Made by a program: the position numbers and the translations under genes. DNA of 47,883 nt from Nitrospirota bacterium (GTDB lineage: Bacteria > Nitrospirota > Thermodesulfovibrionia > UBA6902 > BMS3Bbin08): contig JACQXH010000078.1 of the NCBI GenBank assembly GCA_016208845.1, positions 14,605-62,487 on the forward strand, read 5' to 3'. Shown here piece after piece: positions 1 to 7,619 of this stretch. Under the pieces are notes generated by a model. That model searched no databases. It saw only the letters and a list, made by a program, of their open reading frames with translations, and was not told where the DNA came from. How positions within the stretch are numbered: the stretch's first letter is position 1; the number at the start of each line of letters is the position of its first letter.

Positions 1-1650
1 TACCTTTTGAGTCTGTGTTTCTTTTTTCACCTCTATCCTTGGGAACAGCGGATCTCCTTTAGAAACCTTTATCTGATGGGATGGCCTCCAGTCCCATGAA
101 AATACATCGGGAAATTGAGATGAAGTGATACTATCAGCAAGCCCGATCTGATTCCAAATCCTGTCTGCCGTCTCAGGCATAAAAGGATATAGCGAAACTG
201 CAGTAAGCCTGAGAGCGTTCCAGAGATTCATCATCACACTTTTGACCGAGTCTTTATCATTTTTGAAAAGCTTCCACGGCTCTGTCTTTGCTATCAGGTT
301 ATTTGACTCGCTCACCATGATCCATATGCGTTCAAGTATGAGATTAAAGTTCAGATGAGTCCAGTATCTTTCATCCTGAGAGCTGGTCTTTGCATCATCG
401 CATAGCCTCTTATGCGCTTCTATCGGGTCCTGAACAGCGGCCGGTAAAACAGGCGGGTCGACTGCACCATTAAAATATTTTTCCGCCATAGTTAAAAACC
501 TGCTAAGGAGATTTCCGAGGTCATTGGCAAGGTCGGTGTTGATGCGGCCCACCAGGGCCTCCTCTGAAAAATCGCCGTCAAGGCCAAACGTCACTTCCCT
601 GAACAGGAAATATCTGAATGCGTCCACACCATATTTATCCACCATTTCATTCGGGTCCACGACATTGCCAATTGATTTGGACATCTTTTTGCCCTGCACA
701 GTCCACCAGCCGTGCGCGAAGATGTTGTAAGGGAGGGGGAAATTCAGGGCCATAAGCATCGTGGACCAGTAGACTGAATGTGTAGTGAGTATGTCCTTGC
801 CTATCAGATGATGCGTTGCAGGCCAAAAATCGAGTGACGAGTGACGAGCGACGAGCGACGACTGATGTGCCTGGCCTTTTAACTCGTTACCCGTTACCGG
901 TAACTCGTTACTGCCAGCCACTAAATACTTTGTCGCTGAAAAATAATTTACAAGCGCGTCAAACCAGACATATGTTACAAAATTTGCATCAAAGGGAAGC
1001 TGAATGCCCCATGAGAGCCTTGATTTGGGCCTTGATATGCAGAGGTCTCCGAGCGTGTTGTTCTTTAAAAAGCCGAGCACCTCATTTCTGCGCGTATCAG
1101 GGAGGATAAAGGACGGATTGTCGTCGATGTGTTTAATGAGCCTGTTCTGATATTTAGACATAAGGAAGAAATAATTTTCTTCCTGTATCTGATCGACAGG
1201 CCGCCCGCAGTCAGGACAGTTGCCGTCAACAAGGTCTTTCTCCGTCCAGAACCGCTCATCAGGCGTGCAATACCATCCTGCGTATTGTCTCTTTTCTATC
1301 TCTCCCTTGTCCCAGAGGATCTGCATGAGACCCTGCACAGTTTTAATGTGCGCCTCATCAGTGGTGCGGATGAAGGCGTCATTTGATATATTCAGCTTTT
1401 TCCAGAGGGTCTTGAAATTCTCGACCATTACATCGGAATGTTTTTGGGGAGAAAGCCCTTTTTCTGCGGCAGCCTTTTCTACCTTCTGTCCGTGTTCATC
1501 AGTGCCTGTAAGAAAGAAAACTTCTCTGCCTTCTGATCTATAGTGCCGCGACATTATGTCAGCCGCTATTGTTGTATATGCATGTCCTATATGAGGGATA
1601 TCATTTACATAATAGATGGGCGTGGTGATATAAAACTTCTTTTTATCCAT
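1..1650 (-). CDS. metG: Methionyl-tRNA synthetase, 3'-partial (runs off the window edge)
   Basis: Absent from the ORF track because no stop lies in the window. My translation from ATG 1650..1648 gives MDKKKFYITTPIYYVNDIPHIGHAYTT (HIGH), a CPDCGRP zinc knuckle and KMSKSIGN (KMSKS), and stays open to base 1. The start overlaps the TGA of the upstream ORF (TGATG). Confidence 0.93.
   Translation of the reverse strand, partial: MDKKKFYITTPIYYVNDIPHIGHAYTTIAADIMSRHYRSEGREVFFLTGTDEHGQKVEKAAAEKGLSPQKHSDVMVENFKTLWKKLNISNDAFIRTTDEAHIKTVQGLMQILWDKGEIEKRQYAGWYCTPDERFWTEKDLVDGNCPDCGRPVDQIQEENYFFLMSKYQNRLIKHIDDNPSFILPDTRRNEVLGFLKNNTLGDLCISRPKSRLSWGIQLPFDANFVTYVWFDALVNYFSATKYLVAGSNELPVTGNELKGQAHQSSLVARHSSLDFWPATHHLIGKDILTTHSVYWSTMLMALNFPLPYNIFAHGWWTVQGKKMSKSIGNVVDPNEMVDKYGVDAFRYFLFREVTFGLDGDFSEEALVGRINTDLANDLGNLLSRFLTMAEKYFNGAVDPPVLPAAVQDPIEAHKRLCDDAKTSSQDERYWTHLNFNLILERIWIMVSESNNLIAKTEPWKLFKNDKDSVKSVMMNLWNALRLTAVSLYPFMPETADRIWNQIGLADSITSSQFPDVFSWDWRPSHQIKVSKGDPLFPRIEVKKETQTQKV
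831..912. repeat. 81-82-nt heptamer-word hairpin element inserted in frame in metG
   Basis: Left arm is CGAGTGACGAGTGACGAGCGACGAGCGACGAC, an 18-nt loop follows, and the right arm is AACTCGTTACCCGTTACCGGTAACTCGTTAC. It encodes SNELPVTGNELKGQAHQSSLVARHSSL between the conserved NYxSA and FWP..HLIGKDI blocks. Confidence 0.8.
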
Positions 1651-2141
1651 CATATCTTTTTCTTTTTGAAGAATTTTTTCCGCCTGCTGAAGGGCCTTCC
1701 TTTGTCATCACGATGAGGCACGTGATCTTTTTTAGCTCCGGCCGCCTGCTGTTCTTTGCTCAGGCCCTGCCGTGACGGCTGAACATGGCTTTTTTCGGGT
1801 CTGATCTCCGCCGGCGGCGGTGCAGGATGAAAGGCCATCGGGACATTTTCCGTGTAACTTTTTTCTTCAATGACACTATCTTCTGTTACGATGACAGATT
1901 CATCCCCCACTGCAGCGGGTTCCTTTTTAGCGGGCTGCTCCATTTCATAACCCAGACAACACATAAGGCGGCCGCAGATACCGGACAGTTTCCCGGGGTT
2001 TAAGGCTCGTTCCTGCTTTTTAGCCATTCTTATGGAGATGGGTTCAAAAGAAGTCAGGAAAGCCTTGCAGCAGACCTCCCTGCCGCATACGCCGATACCT
2101 CCCATCAATTTAACCTCATCTCTGACCCCTATCTGCCGCAT
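1650..2141 (-). pseudogene. PSP1/RicT(YaaT)-like protein, C-terminal fragment
   Basis: MRQIGVRDEVKLMGGIGVCGREVCC...GICGRLMCCLGYE matches the PSP1 C-terminal cysteine-rich core. Upstream, in this same frame, PGDLASKFRTRIE continues the family motif. Confidence 0.8.
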
Positions 2142-2143
2142 CT

Positions 2144-2498
2144 CTATCCGGGTTCTGAACTTTGAGGCAAGATCTCCAGGGTTACCTCTGTGCCGACAAT
2201 TTTCATGGACAGCCCGCGGCCTTTCACTTTTTCCATGCAGAAGGCCCTTGCTTCCTCCTCCATTGAACGGTTGTTCTTATCGTTCTCAAGATCTTCATCG
2301 GTTGCTATGCGGAGGACTTTTTTGAGCTGCTGCTCCGGCTGTTCTATGGATCTTATGGGGAGCACGACAAAACCAAGGGACAATCCCATCTCTGACTCAA
2401 CAACAACTCGAGCTCCAGGAGGCACCTCGATGCCATTGACCTCGAAGTTATAGATCTTTCCGCACTGTTTGAATCTAATGCCGACTACATCAGGCACC
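2144..2498 (-). pseudogene. PSP1/RicT(YaaT)-like protein, N-terminal fragment
   Basis: VPDVVGIRFKQCGKIYNFEV... resembles the YaaT N-terminus. The likely start is GTG at 2498, preceded by GGAGGA, and it overlaps the holB stop. The fragment ends in a different frame from the C-terminal fragment, and about 23 aa (the FYFTAEGRVDFRELV block) are missing. Confidence 0.75.
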
Positions 2499-3602
2499 TG
2501 ATCCTCCGAAAGTTTTCTTAAGCAGGAGATGCGTATGATAAAGAACAACGCGCTTATTTAAATTGAATCGCAGGGAATCCCTGATCCTTGAAAAAGTATT
2601 TGATAGTGTTAGTATATCATGTAATTCCGCTTTTTTTGAAATGACCCTGAGATCCTTTTCCCTGTCCCTGTTGATCAGGAGGTCTGTGCGGCCGGTGGCC
2701 TTTAATACTGCAATGTCTCTCAGCCATAGATGCACCCATGCAAACCATTCATCTTCAGAATCTTTCTCTTCCCACGGGTCTTCATCGATTTTTTCGAGGA
2801 GTTGCTGGAATGATAAGAACAAGCTGTCCCTTTTTTCGAGGAGCTCATCGTTTAATGCCAATCCGGGACGCCCGCCTGAAAGCATGCTCAGAATTACTGC
2901 TGTTTCAGGCTGCAAATTCTTACTGTCCGATTTATCTTCAAGCAATGCGCTCATTTTATTGATCGGTAAGGGCGAGAAGAATATCCTCTGGCACCTTGAG
3001 AGAATTGTTTTAGGCAGCAACTCCGGCCTGGGAGATATCAATATCAGGATACTCTGCTCCGGAGGCTCCTCCAATGTCTTAAGGAGGGCGTTTGCAGCGG
3101 ACTGATTGAGGGTTTCTGCCCCGTCAATGATCACGGCCTTCCAGCGCCCTTCAAAGGCCTTGTATGATAAAAACTCCTCTATCTTTCTTGTTATATCAAC
3201 CCTTATCTCTCCGTTGAAGGGGATGGCAAGAACGACATCAGGATGGGACAGATAGATCTTTGACCTTAAGTCATCGTCTTTTTCCCCGGGACTTATCAGG
3301 GCTTCCGGATAAAATAATTTATTTATCTTCAGACATGATGAACATTGATCACAACAGTCAAGCCGTAATGCGTGATCCGTTATGCGAAATGAGTTTTTAT
3401 CTTTTAGCCCGTCACGCATCACGTCTAACGCTTCACGGCTGTTCTGGCAATTAAGCGTTTTTATGAAATTTATTGCAGTAAGTTTTTTGCCGATGCCGTC
3501 GTCACCGGTAAAGACAAAGGCATGGCCGATACGGTTTCTCTCCATGCAGCCTCTTAGTATCTCCACTGCCTTTTCCTGTCCTATAATGTCCCTTAAGGCC
3601 AA
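2490..3602 (-). CDS. holB: DNA polymerase III delta-prime subunit
   Basis: HAFVFTGDDGIGKK P-loop-like motif, a CCDQCSSC zinc module, HPDV, LLKTLEEPP and ILSRCQ. Confidence 0.85.
   Translation of the reverse strand: MALRDIIGQEKAVEILRGCMERNRIGHAFVFTGDDGIGKKLTAINFIKTLNCQNSREALDVMRDGLKDKNSFRITDHALRLDCCDQCSSCLKINKLFYPEALISPGEKDDDLRSKIYLSHPDVVLAIPFNGEIRVDITRKIEEFLSYKAFEGRWKAVIIDGAETLNQSAANALLKTLEEPPEQSILILISPRPELLPKTILSRCQRIFFSPLPINKMSALLEDKSDSKNLQPETAVILSMLSGGRPGLALNDELLEKRDSLFLSFQQLLEKIDEDPWEEKDSEDEWFAWVHLWLRDIAVLKATGRTDLLINRDREKDLRVISKKAELHDILTLSNTFSRIRDSLRFNLNKRVVLYHTHLLLKKTFGGSGA
3363..3438. repeat. Heptamer-word hairpin element inside the holB coding region
   Basis: Arms are CCGTAATGCGTGATCCGTTATGCGAAATG and CGTCACGCATCACGTCTAACGCTTCACGG around an 18-nt loop. 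It encodes about 27 extra aa (SREALDVMRDGLKDKNSFRITDHALRL) between the P-loop and the zinc module. Confidence 0.65.
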
Positions 3603-4240
3603 AGGGCCTCCAGGGCCTCCACTATCTTTTTATGGACCTCTTGAACGCTGCCCCCGGCATCAATGATCTTTATTCTTTCAGGCGACTCTTTTGCGATCTG
3701 AAAGTAACCGTCCCGAACCCGCTTGTGAAATTCTACGGTCTCTAATTCGAGCCGGTCTGTCTTTTGTGCTTTTTTATTTCTTGTCAGCCCTTCCTCAACA
3801 TCCATATCCAGAAGAAAGGTCAGAAAAGGTTTCAGGTCAGAGGCCACCAGCTCATTCAGAGTGTTAATGACCGAGAGATCCAATCCTCGCGCATAACCCT
3901 GATAAGCTGAAGTGGAATCCATGAACCGGTCGGTTATCACGATCGTATTTTGCATCAGCGCAGGATAGATAACCTCCCGAATGTGCTGCGCCCTCGAGGC
4001 GTTATAAAGAAGAAGCTCTGTAAGCGGATCCATATGATTTTCAGGCTCAAGGAGAACGGTCCTTATCTTCAGGCCTATCTTTGTCCCCCCGGGCTCTTCA
4101 GTAGCCAGAACATTGTGTCCCTTTGCCTTCAGATAATCACTGAGAAGATTTACCTGAGTTGTTTTTCCGCAGCCCTCGATCCCCTCAAAGGATATGAAGC
4201 CCCGTGCGCCATGAAGGCCCTTAACTGTTGACATAACCAT
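3593..4240 (-). CDS. tmk: Thymidylate kinase
   Basis: FISFEGIEGCGKTTQ P-loop and DRFMDSTSAYQG. It overlaps the holB start by 10 nt. Confidence 0.9.
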   Translation of the reverse strand: MVMSTVKGLHGARGFISFEGIEGCGKTTQVNLLSDYLKAKGHNVLATEEPGGTKIGLKIRTVLLEPENHMDPLTELLLYNASRAQHIREVIYPALMQNTIVITDRFMDSTSAYQGYARGLDLSVINTLNELVASDLKPFLTFLLDMDVEEGLTRNKKAQKTDRLELETVEFHKRVRDGYFQIAKESPERIKIIDAGGSVQEVHKKIVEALEALWP

Positions 4241-5240
4241 CCCTTAATTCTTTAAGAAGTTTAAATACCTTTAATGCGTCTTCCATCTGCAAAGAGCCTG
4301 TACCGCATGACGGGGTCAGAAGCACCTGCCTTGTCAGCCTTTCCCTTGATATGCCGGTCTTCTCCAGAGAGGAAAGCCCCCGTTCTAACTGTTCTCTCAG
4401 GTTCTGAACATTCAAGCCCCTTACCGCCTCGGTAGTAGGGGCAATTCCCCAGGCAATAAAACCGCCGTTATTAACAAAAGTCCTTATCTCTTCCGGATAG
4501 AGGCCCAGGCTGTCCCAGAAAAAATATGCGTCAAAATTCAATACGTCAATTCCTGATGAAAGCACGAGCGGCCAGTCGGCCTTGCTGCAGCAGTGAATGC
4601 CCGCGATAGCACCCGATGCCTTTATGCAGCTGACGAGTTCACGAAGAAGCCGCAATGCCTCGGCGTTGTCTACCCCGATGTATGTAGAAGTGCCGAGCGC
4701 CGAGAGTATGGGCTCATCAATAAATATCAGCACCTCTTCGGCATACTCCCTGAGCGTATTGATCTGCCATATGGCCTTTCCCTTGAGAAGCTCGAGCGAG
4801 AGCTGGCGTATTTCTTCATCAAAATAAACAGGTCTTTTCTGATCATCCGTAATGCTTAATGTGAATGTAAGCGGGCCTGTCACATGGCCCTTCAGGGTCT
4901 TGAATTTTTGCTCTTTTTTCTTGAGGATATCAATAAATTCATGCAACCCTGCTGCATATTCCCTGGAAATAGGAAATCCTTTCCCGTCTGCAACAGCTTC
5001 ATAAAAAGATGCTGTTTCTTTTTCACCGGCCTGTTCTTTCAGGTGAATATTTTCGCCTTTGATCTCTATAAACGGGAAACCCTCTGAATACTGCGGCACC
5101 ATGAGCTCTAAAAAACTTCTGTGCGGAAGCTGCGGCCAGAAAGGTATAGTTACAGAGTCAAAAATGACCCTGCACGCCTCAAAAGGGTCTGAATGTGGCA
5201 CACTGCCGATACCTGTCGTGCTGAAACTCTGGAGCATCAT
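4221..5240 (-). CDS. MetE catalytic-domain-like / URO-D-like Zn methyltransferase family protein
   Basis: TGIGSVPH (compare the MetE IGSFPR motif), GIHCC and LLTPSCGTG (compare PDCGL) resemble the His/Cys/Cys zinc triad of Meth_synt_2-type enzymes. Substrate unknown. Confidence 0.45.
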   Translation of the reverse strand: MMLQSFSTTGIGSVPHSDPFEACRVIFDSVTIPFWPQLPHRSFLELMVPQYSEGFPFIEIKGENIHLKEQAGEKETASFYEAVADGKGFPISREYAAGLHEFIDILKKKEQKFKTLKGHVTGPLTFTLSITDDQKRPVYFDEEIRQLSLELLKGKAIWQINTLREYAEEVLIFIDEPILSALGTSTYIGVDNAEALRLLRELVSCIKASGAIAGIHCCSKADWPLVLSSGIDVLNFDAYFFWDSLGLYPEEIRTFVNNGGFIAWGIAPTTEAVRGLNVQNLREQLERGLSSLEKTGISRERLTRQVLLTPSCGTGSLQMEDALKVFKLLKELRDGYVNS

Positions 5241-5417
5241 TAATCATACTCTATGGTATTGGGAAGTTTCAAATAACCTGCCCAAGAAATTCAGTATAAA
5301 ATGTGTAAGCCGCCAATTGTGTTTATCGACATCTTTTTTTTAGAGAAAAAATATATGGATTATCCGGAACGATTGTTGTTAAAATCTGGTATTCATTTAA
5401 TTACGTGAGGAGGGCAA

Positions 5418-5702
5418 ATGGCCAATAAACCAAATGAGATCAAGATAAACATGTCGGCAGAGCTTCAGGCCGGCGTTTATGCGAATAACATGATGGTGGC
5501 CCACACCAGAGAGGAGTTTGTAATGGACTTCTCCTTCATCGTTCCGCCTATGGGTACCGTGGTGGCTCGTGTTGTCACCAGCCCGGGACATTTGAAGCGT
5601 ATTATCAATGCGCTGCATGATAATGTTAAGAAATACGAAGCCAAATTCGGAACTATTGTGCAGGCAGAGGAGTTGAGCGAGCCTTTTGAATTTAATGCGT
5701 GA
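5418..5702 (+). CDS. DUF3467-like small protein
   Basis: A strong GAGGAGGG ribosome-binding site lies upstream. The pattern INMSAELQAGVYANNMMVAHTREEFVMDF...SPGHLKRIINAL..YE..FG is typical of DUF3467. Confidence 0.6.
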   Translation: MANKPNEIKINMSAELQAGVYANNMMVAHTREEFVMDFSFIVPPMGTVVARVVTSPGHLKRIINALHDNVKKYEAKFGTIVQAEELSEPFEFNA

Positions 5703-6433
5703 AAAAATATCAGTTCAAGCGGTTTAAACCGTTCAAGCCGCTCAAATCGCGAGTTATGACTCAAAAAAATAATACACGTGTATTGCAGTATTTCATATTT
5801 CTAACGGCACTGCTTCTTATTTCCTCATGTGCTTCTTATACGCCGCGGGTCACTATGCCGCCGCCGGTTGGTTATGTCACGGCCTCATGGTATGGCCCTG
5901 ATTTCCACGGGAAGCAGACCTCATCAGGCGAAAGATATGATATGTATGCCATGACCTGCGCTCACAAGACATTCCCTTTTGGCACAAATCTCCGCGTGAC
6001 TAATCCGGTCAATAATAAGTCTGTTGTAGTAACGGTGAATGACAGAGGGCCGTTTATCCCCGGCAGGGACCTGGACCTTTCATACTCAGCTGCCAAAGAG
6101 ATAGGACTTGTGGGTCCCGGGGTCGGAAGGGTGAGGATCGAACACCTCGGAAGGAATATGCGTTATGTGAAGAGGGTTGAATTTATGCCTCTAATTGCAT
6201 CAGGGCCGTTTACGGTCCAGGTCGGGGCGTTCCAGGAAGAATCCAATGCCCTGCATATGAAACAGGGGCTTGAGCTGAGATATAAAGATGTGGCTGTCGC
6301 CTCAGCCTTTGTTAATGGGAATAAATTCTATCGGGTCAGAATAGGGTCTTTTGTCAGCAGGGATGGCGCATATTCAGTTGCACAGAACCTTGCAGATGAA
6401 GGTTATACTACATTTATTACCAAGGCTGATTAA
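5699..6433 (+). CDS. rlpA: Septal ring lytic transglycosylase RlpA-family lipoprotein with a SPOR domain
   Basis: ASWYGPDFHGKQTSSGERYDMYAMTCAHKTFPFGTNLRVTN...VNDRGPF is the RlpA DPBB domain. The C-terminal FTVQVGAF...FYRVRIGSF is SPOR. The lipobox is LISSC. The start may be GTG 5699 (GTGA-coupled) or ATG 5756. Confidence 0.85.
   Translation: MKKYQFKRFKPFKPLKSRVMTQKNNTRVLQYFIFLTALLLISSCASYTPRVTMPPPVGYVTASWYGPDFHGKQTSSGERYDMYAMTCAHKTFPFGTNLRVTNPVNNKSVVVTVNDRGPFIPGRDLDLSYSAAKEIGLVGPGVGRVRIEHLGRNMRYVKRVEFMPLIASGPFTVQVGAFQEESNALHMKQGLELRYKDVAVASAFVNGNKFYRVRIGSFVSRDGAYSVAQNLADEGYTTFITKAD
5714..5749 (+). repeat. Four tandem 9-mers in the possible rlpA N-terminal extension
   Basis: TTCAAGCGG TTTAAACCG TTCAAGCCG CTCAAATCG encodes FKR FKP FKP LKS. 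Confidence 0.7.
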
Positions 6434-6550
6434 ACTAAGTTCAACCGCACAGCAAATTCAGGCCCCGAGATTTAAAAAACACTGCGTTTTTCATTCAATC
6501 CCATTAACTTTATGTTATAATCTTGTTATAACATCATCAAGGAGGCAATT

Positions 6551-6799
6551 ATGCATAGAAAAGTATGTTCCATAGGCAACAGTCAGGGGGTCTCCATCCC
6601 TGTTGAGACTCTTGAAAAGCTTAACCTGTCCATCGGTTCTGAGGTAGACGTTAAGCTCGATGAGGAAAGTTCAAGGATCATCATCGAGCCGGTTAAAAAA
6701 AAGAAATACCCCAAAGGCTTAGACAGACAATTTGTATCGCAGGTAAATGAATTTATCGAAAAGTACCGTCCCGCTCTAGTGGAGCTTTCCAAAAAATGA
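6551..6799 (+). CDS. AbrB/MazE (SpoVT)-type antitoxin, partner of the degraded Doc gene
   Basis: VCSIGNSQGVSIPVETLEKLNL is a swapped-hairpin motif. Its stop overlaps the ATG of the downstream Doc remnant (ATGA). Confidence 0.75.
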   Translation: MHRKVCSIGNSQGVSIPVETLEKLNLSIGSEVDVKLDEESSRIIIEPVKKKKYPKGLDRQFVSQVNEFIEKYRPALVELSKK

Positions 6800-7277
6800 A
6801 ATATCTTTCACCGGAAAAATGCAATTAACCACAGAGTACACTGAGGAAAACACTAATAATAGAAAAAAACTCTTTATTTTATTTTTCTCTGTGCACTCTT
6901 TTATTCAGCAACAGCGTTGCTGTTACAGAGGAGAATGAATTATGAGAACACAGAGAACTATATGATAATTGAATATTTCTTTCACTTTTGGTATATCACT
7001 CAGTGGCCTCTGTGGTTTCCTGAATGTATTATTTGATTTCAGCGGAGCAGGTGCTTTTTATTCACAGCAGGCTGGTAGATGAGACCGGCGGGTCTCACGG
7101 CATCAGGGATATAGGGCTTCTTCAGTCCGCTGTATCACGACCCAAAGCAACTTTTGGGGGGAAGGATCTTTATCCCGGTATTTTCCATAAGGCGGCTGCC
7201 CTGATGGAATCACTCATAAAACCGGGAAAATGGCATTTGATGAAGTCGTGAAATGGCTTGAAAGTCATTCATCCTGA
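6796..7277 (+). pseudogene. Doc/Fic death-on-curing toxin, degraded
   Basis: MKYLSPEK is followed by a stop. After the MITE, YYLISAEQVLFIHSRLVDETGGSHGIRD...FHKAAALMESLIK appears. The HxFxDGNKR Fic motif is then missing, and the C-terminal tail KMAFDEVVKWLESHSS lies in another frame. Confidence 0.75.
6827..7017. mobile_element. MITE-like element with perfect 10-bp terminal inverted repeats, inside the Doc pseudogene
   Basis: AACCACAGAG (6827-6836) pairs with CTCTGTGGTT (7008-7017). There is an internal palindrome CAGCAACagcGTTGCTG. A related 81-nt copy lies at 24213-24293. Confidence 0.7.
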
Positions 7278-7290
7278 GGACGGCTGTTTG

Positions 7291-7619
7291 CCACGGATCT
7301 TCGCGGATAGACACGGATTAATAAATAGACAATCAGAGCACAGATTGCAGACTAAATCGTACTACGTACCTCGAACTTAATGCTTGGTACTTCGTATATC
7401 ATAGTTCGTACTTCGTGTAAGAATGATAAGTAACGGGTTGTTATATGCGAGGTACTATGTACGAAATGCGGTTTTCTTCTTTATTTAACTGATTTTGCAC
7501 TTGTATTTCTGCCGACAGGCAGATCCGTGCCCATCCGTGCCCATCCGTGGCTAAACTTATTTTTTATTCTATCAGTTGTTGTCTGGATGCCGACAGGCAG
7601 GTTAATCTGTGGCTAAATG
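7291..7619. repeat. Nested composite hairpin element (CACGGAT, CACAGAT and CGTAC word arms)
   Basis: The order is CCACGGATCTTCGCGGATAGACACGGATT, then GACAATCAGAGCACAGATTGCAGACT, then CGTAC-word arms, then CTGCCgacaGGCAG, then ATCCGTGCCCATCCGTGCCCATCCGTGG. An inverted copy with the same module order lies at 27689-27946. Confidence 0.8.

Noticed and set aside
816-1543. Several 64-107-aa ORFs from the track within 816-1543.
   Set aside because: All of them lie inside or antisense to the uninterrupted metG reading frame, which the track misses only because it runs off the window.
7291-7619. A possible CRISPR array, suggested by regularly repeated short motifs (also at 27689-27946, 28425-28547 and 42707-42807).
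   Set aside because: The repeat units are 7-10 nt and directly tandem or inverted, with no ~30-nt unique spacers. No cas genes are present. The structure is nested hairpins, not repeat-spacer.
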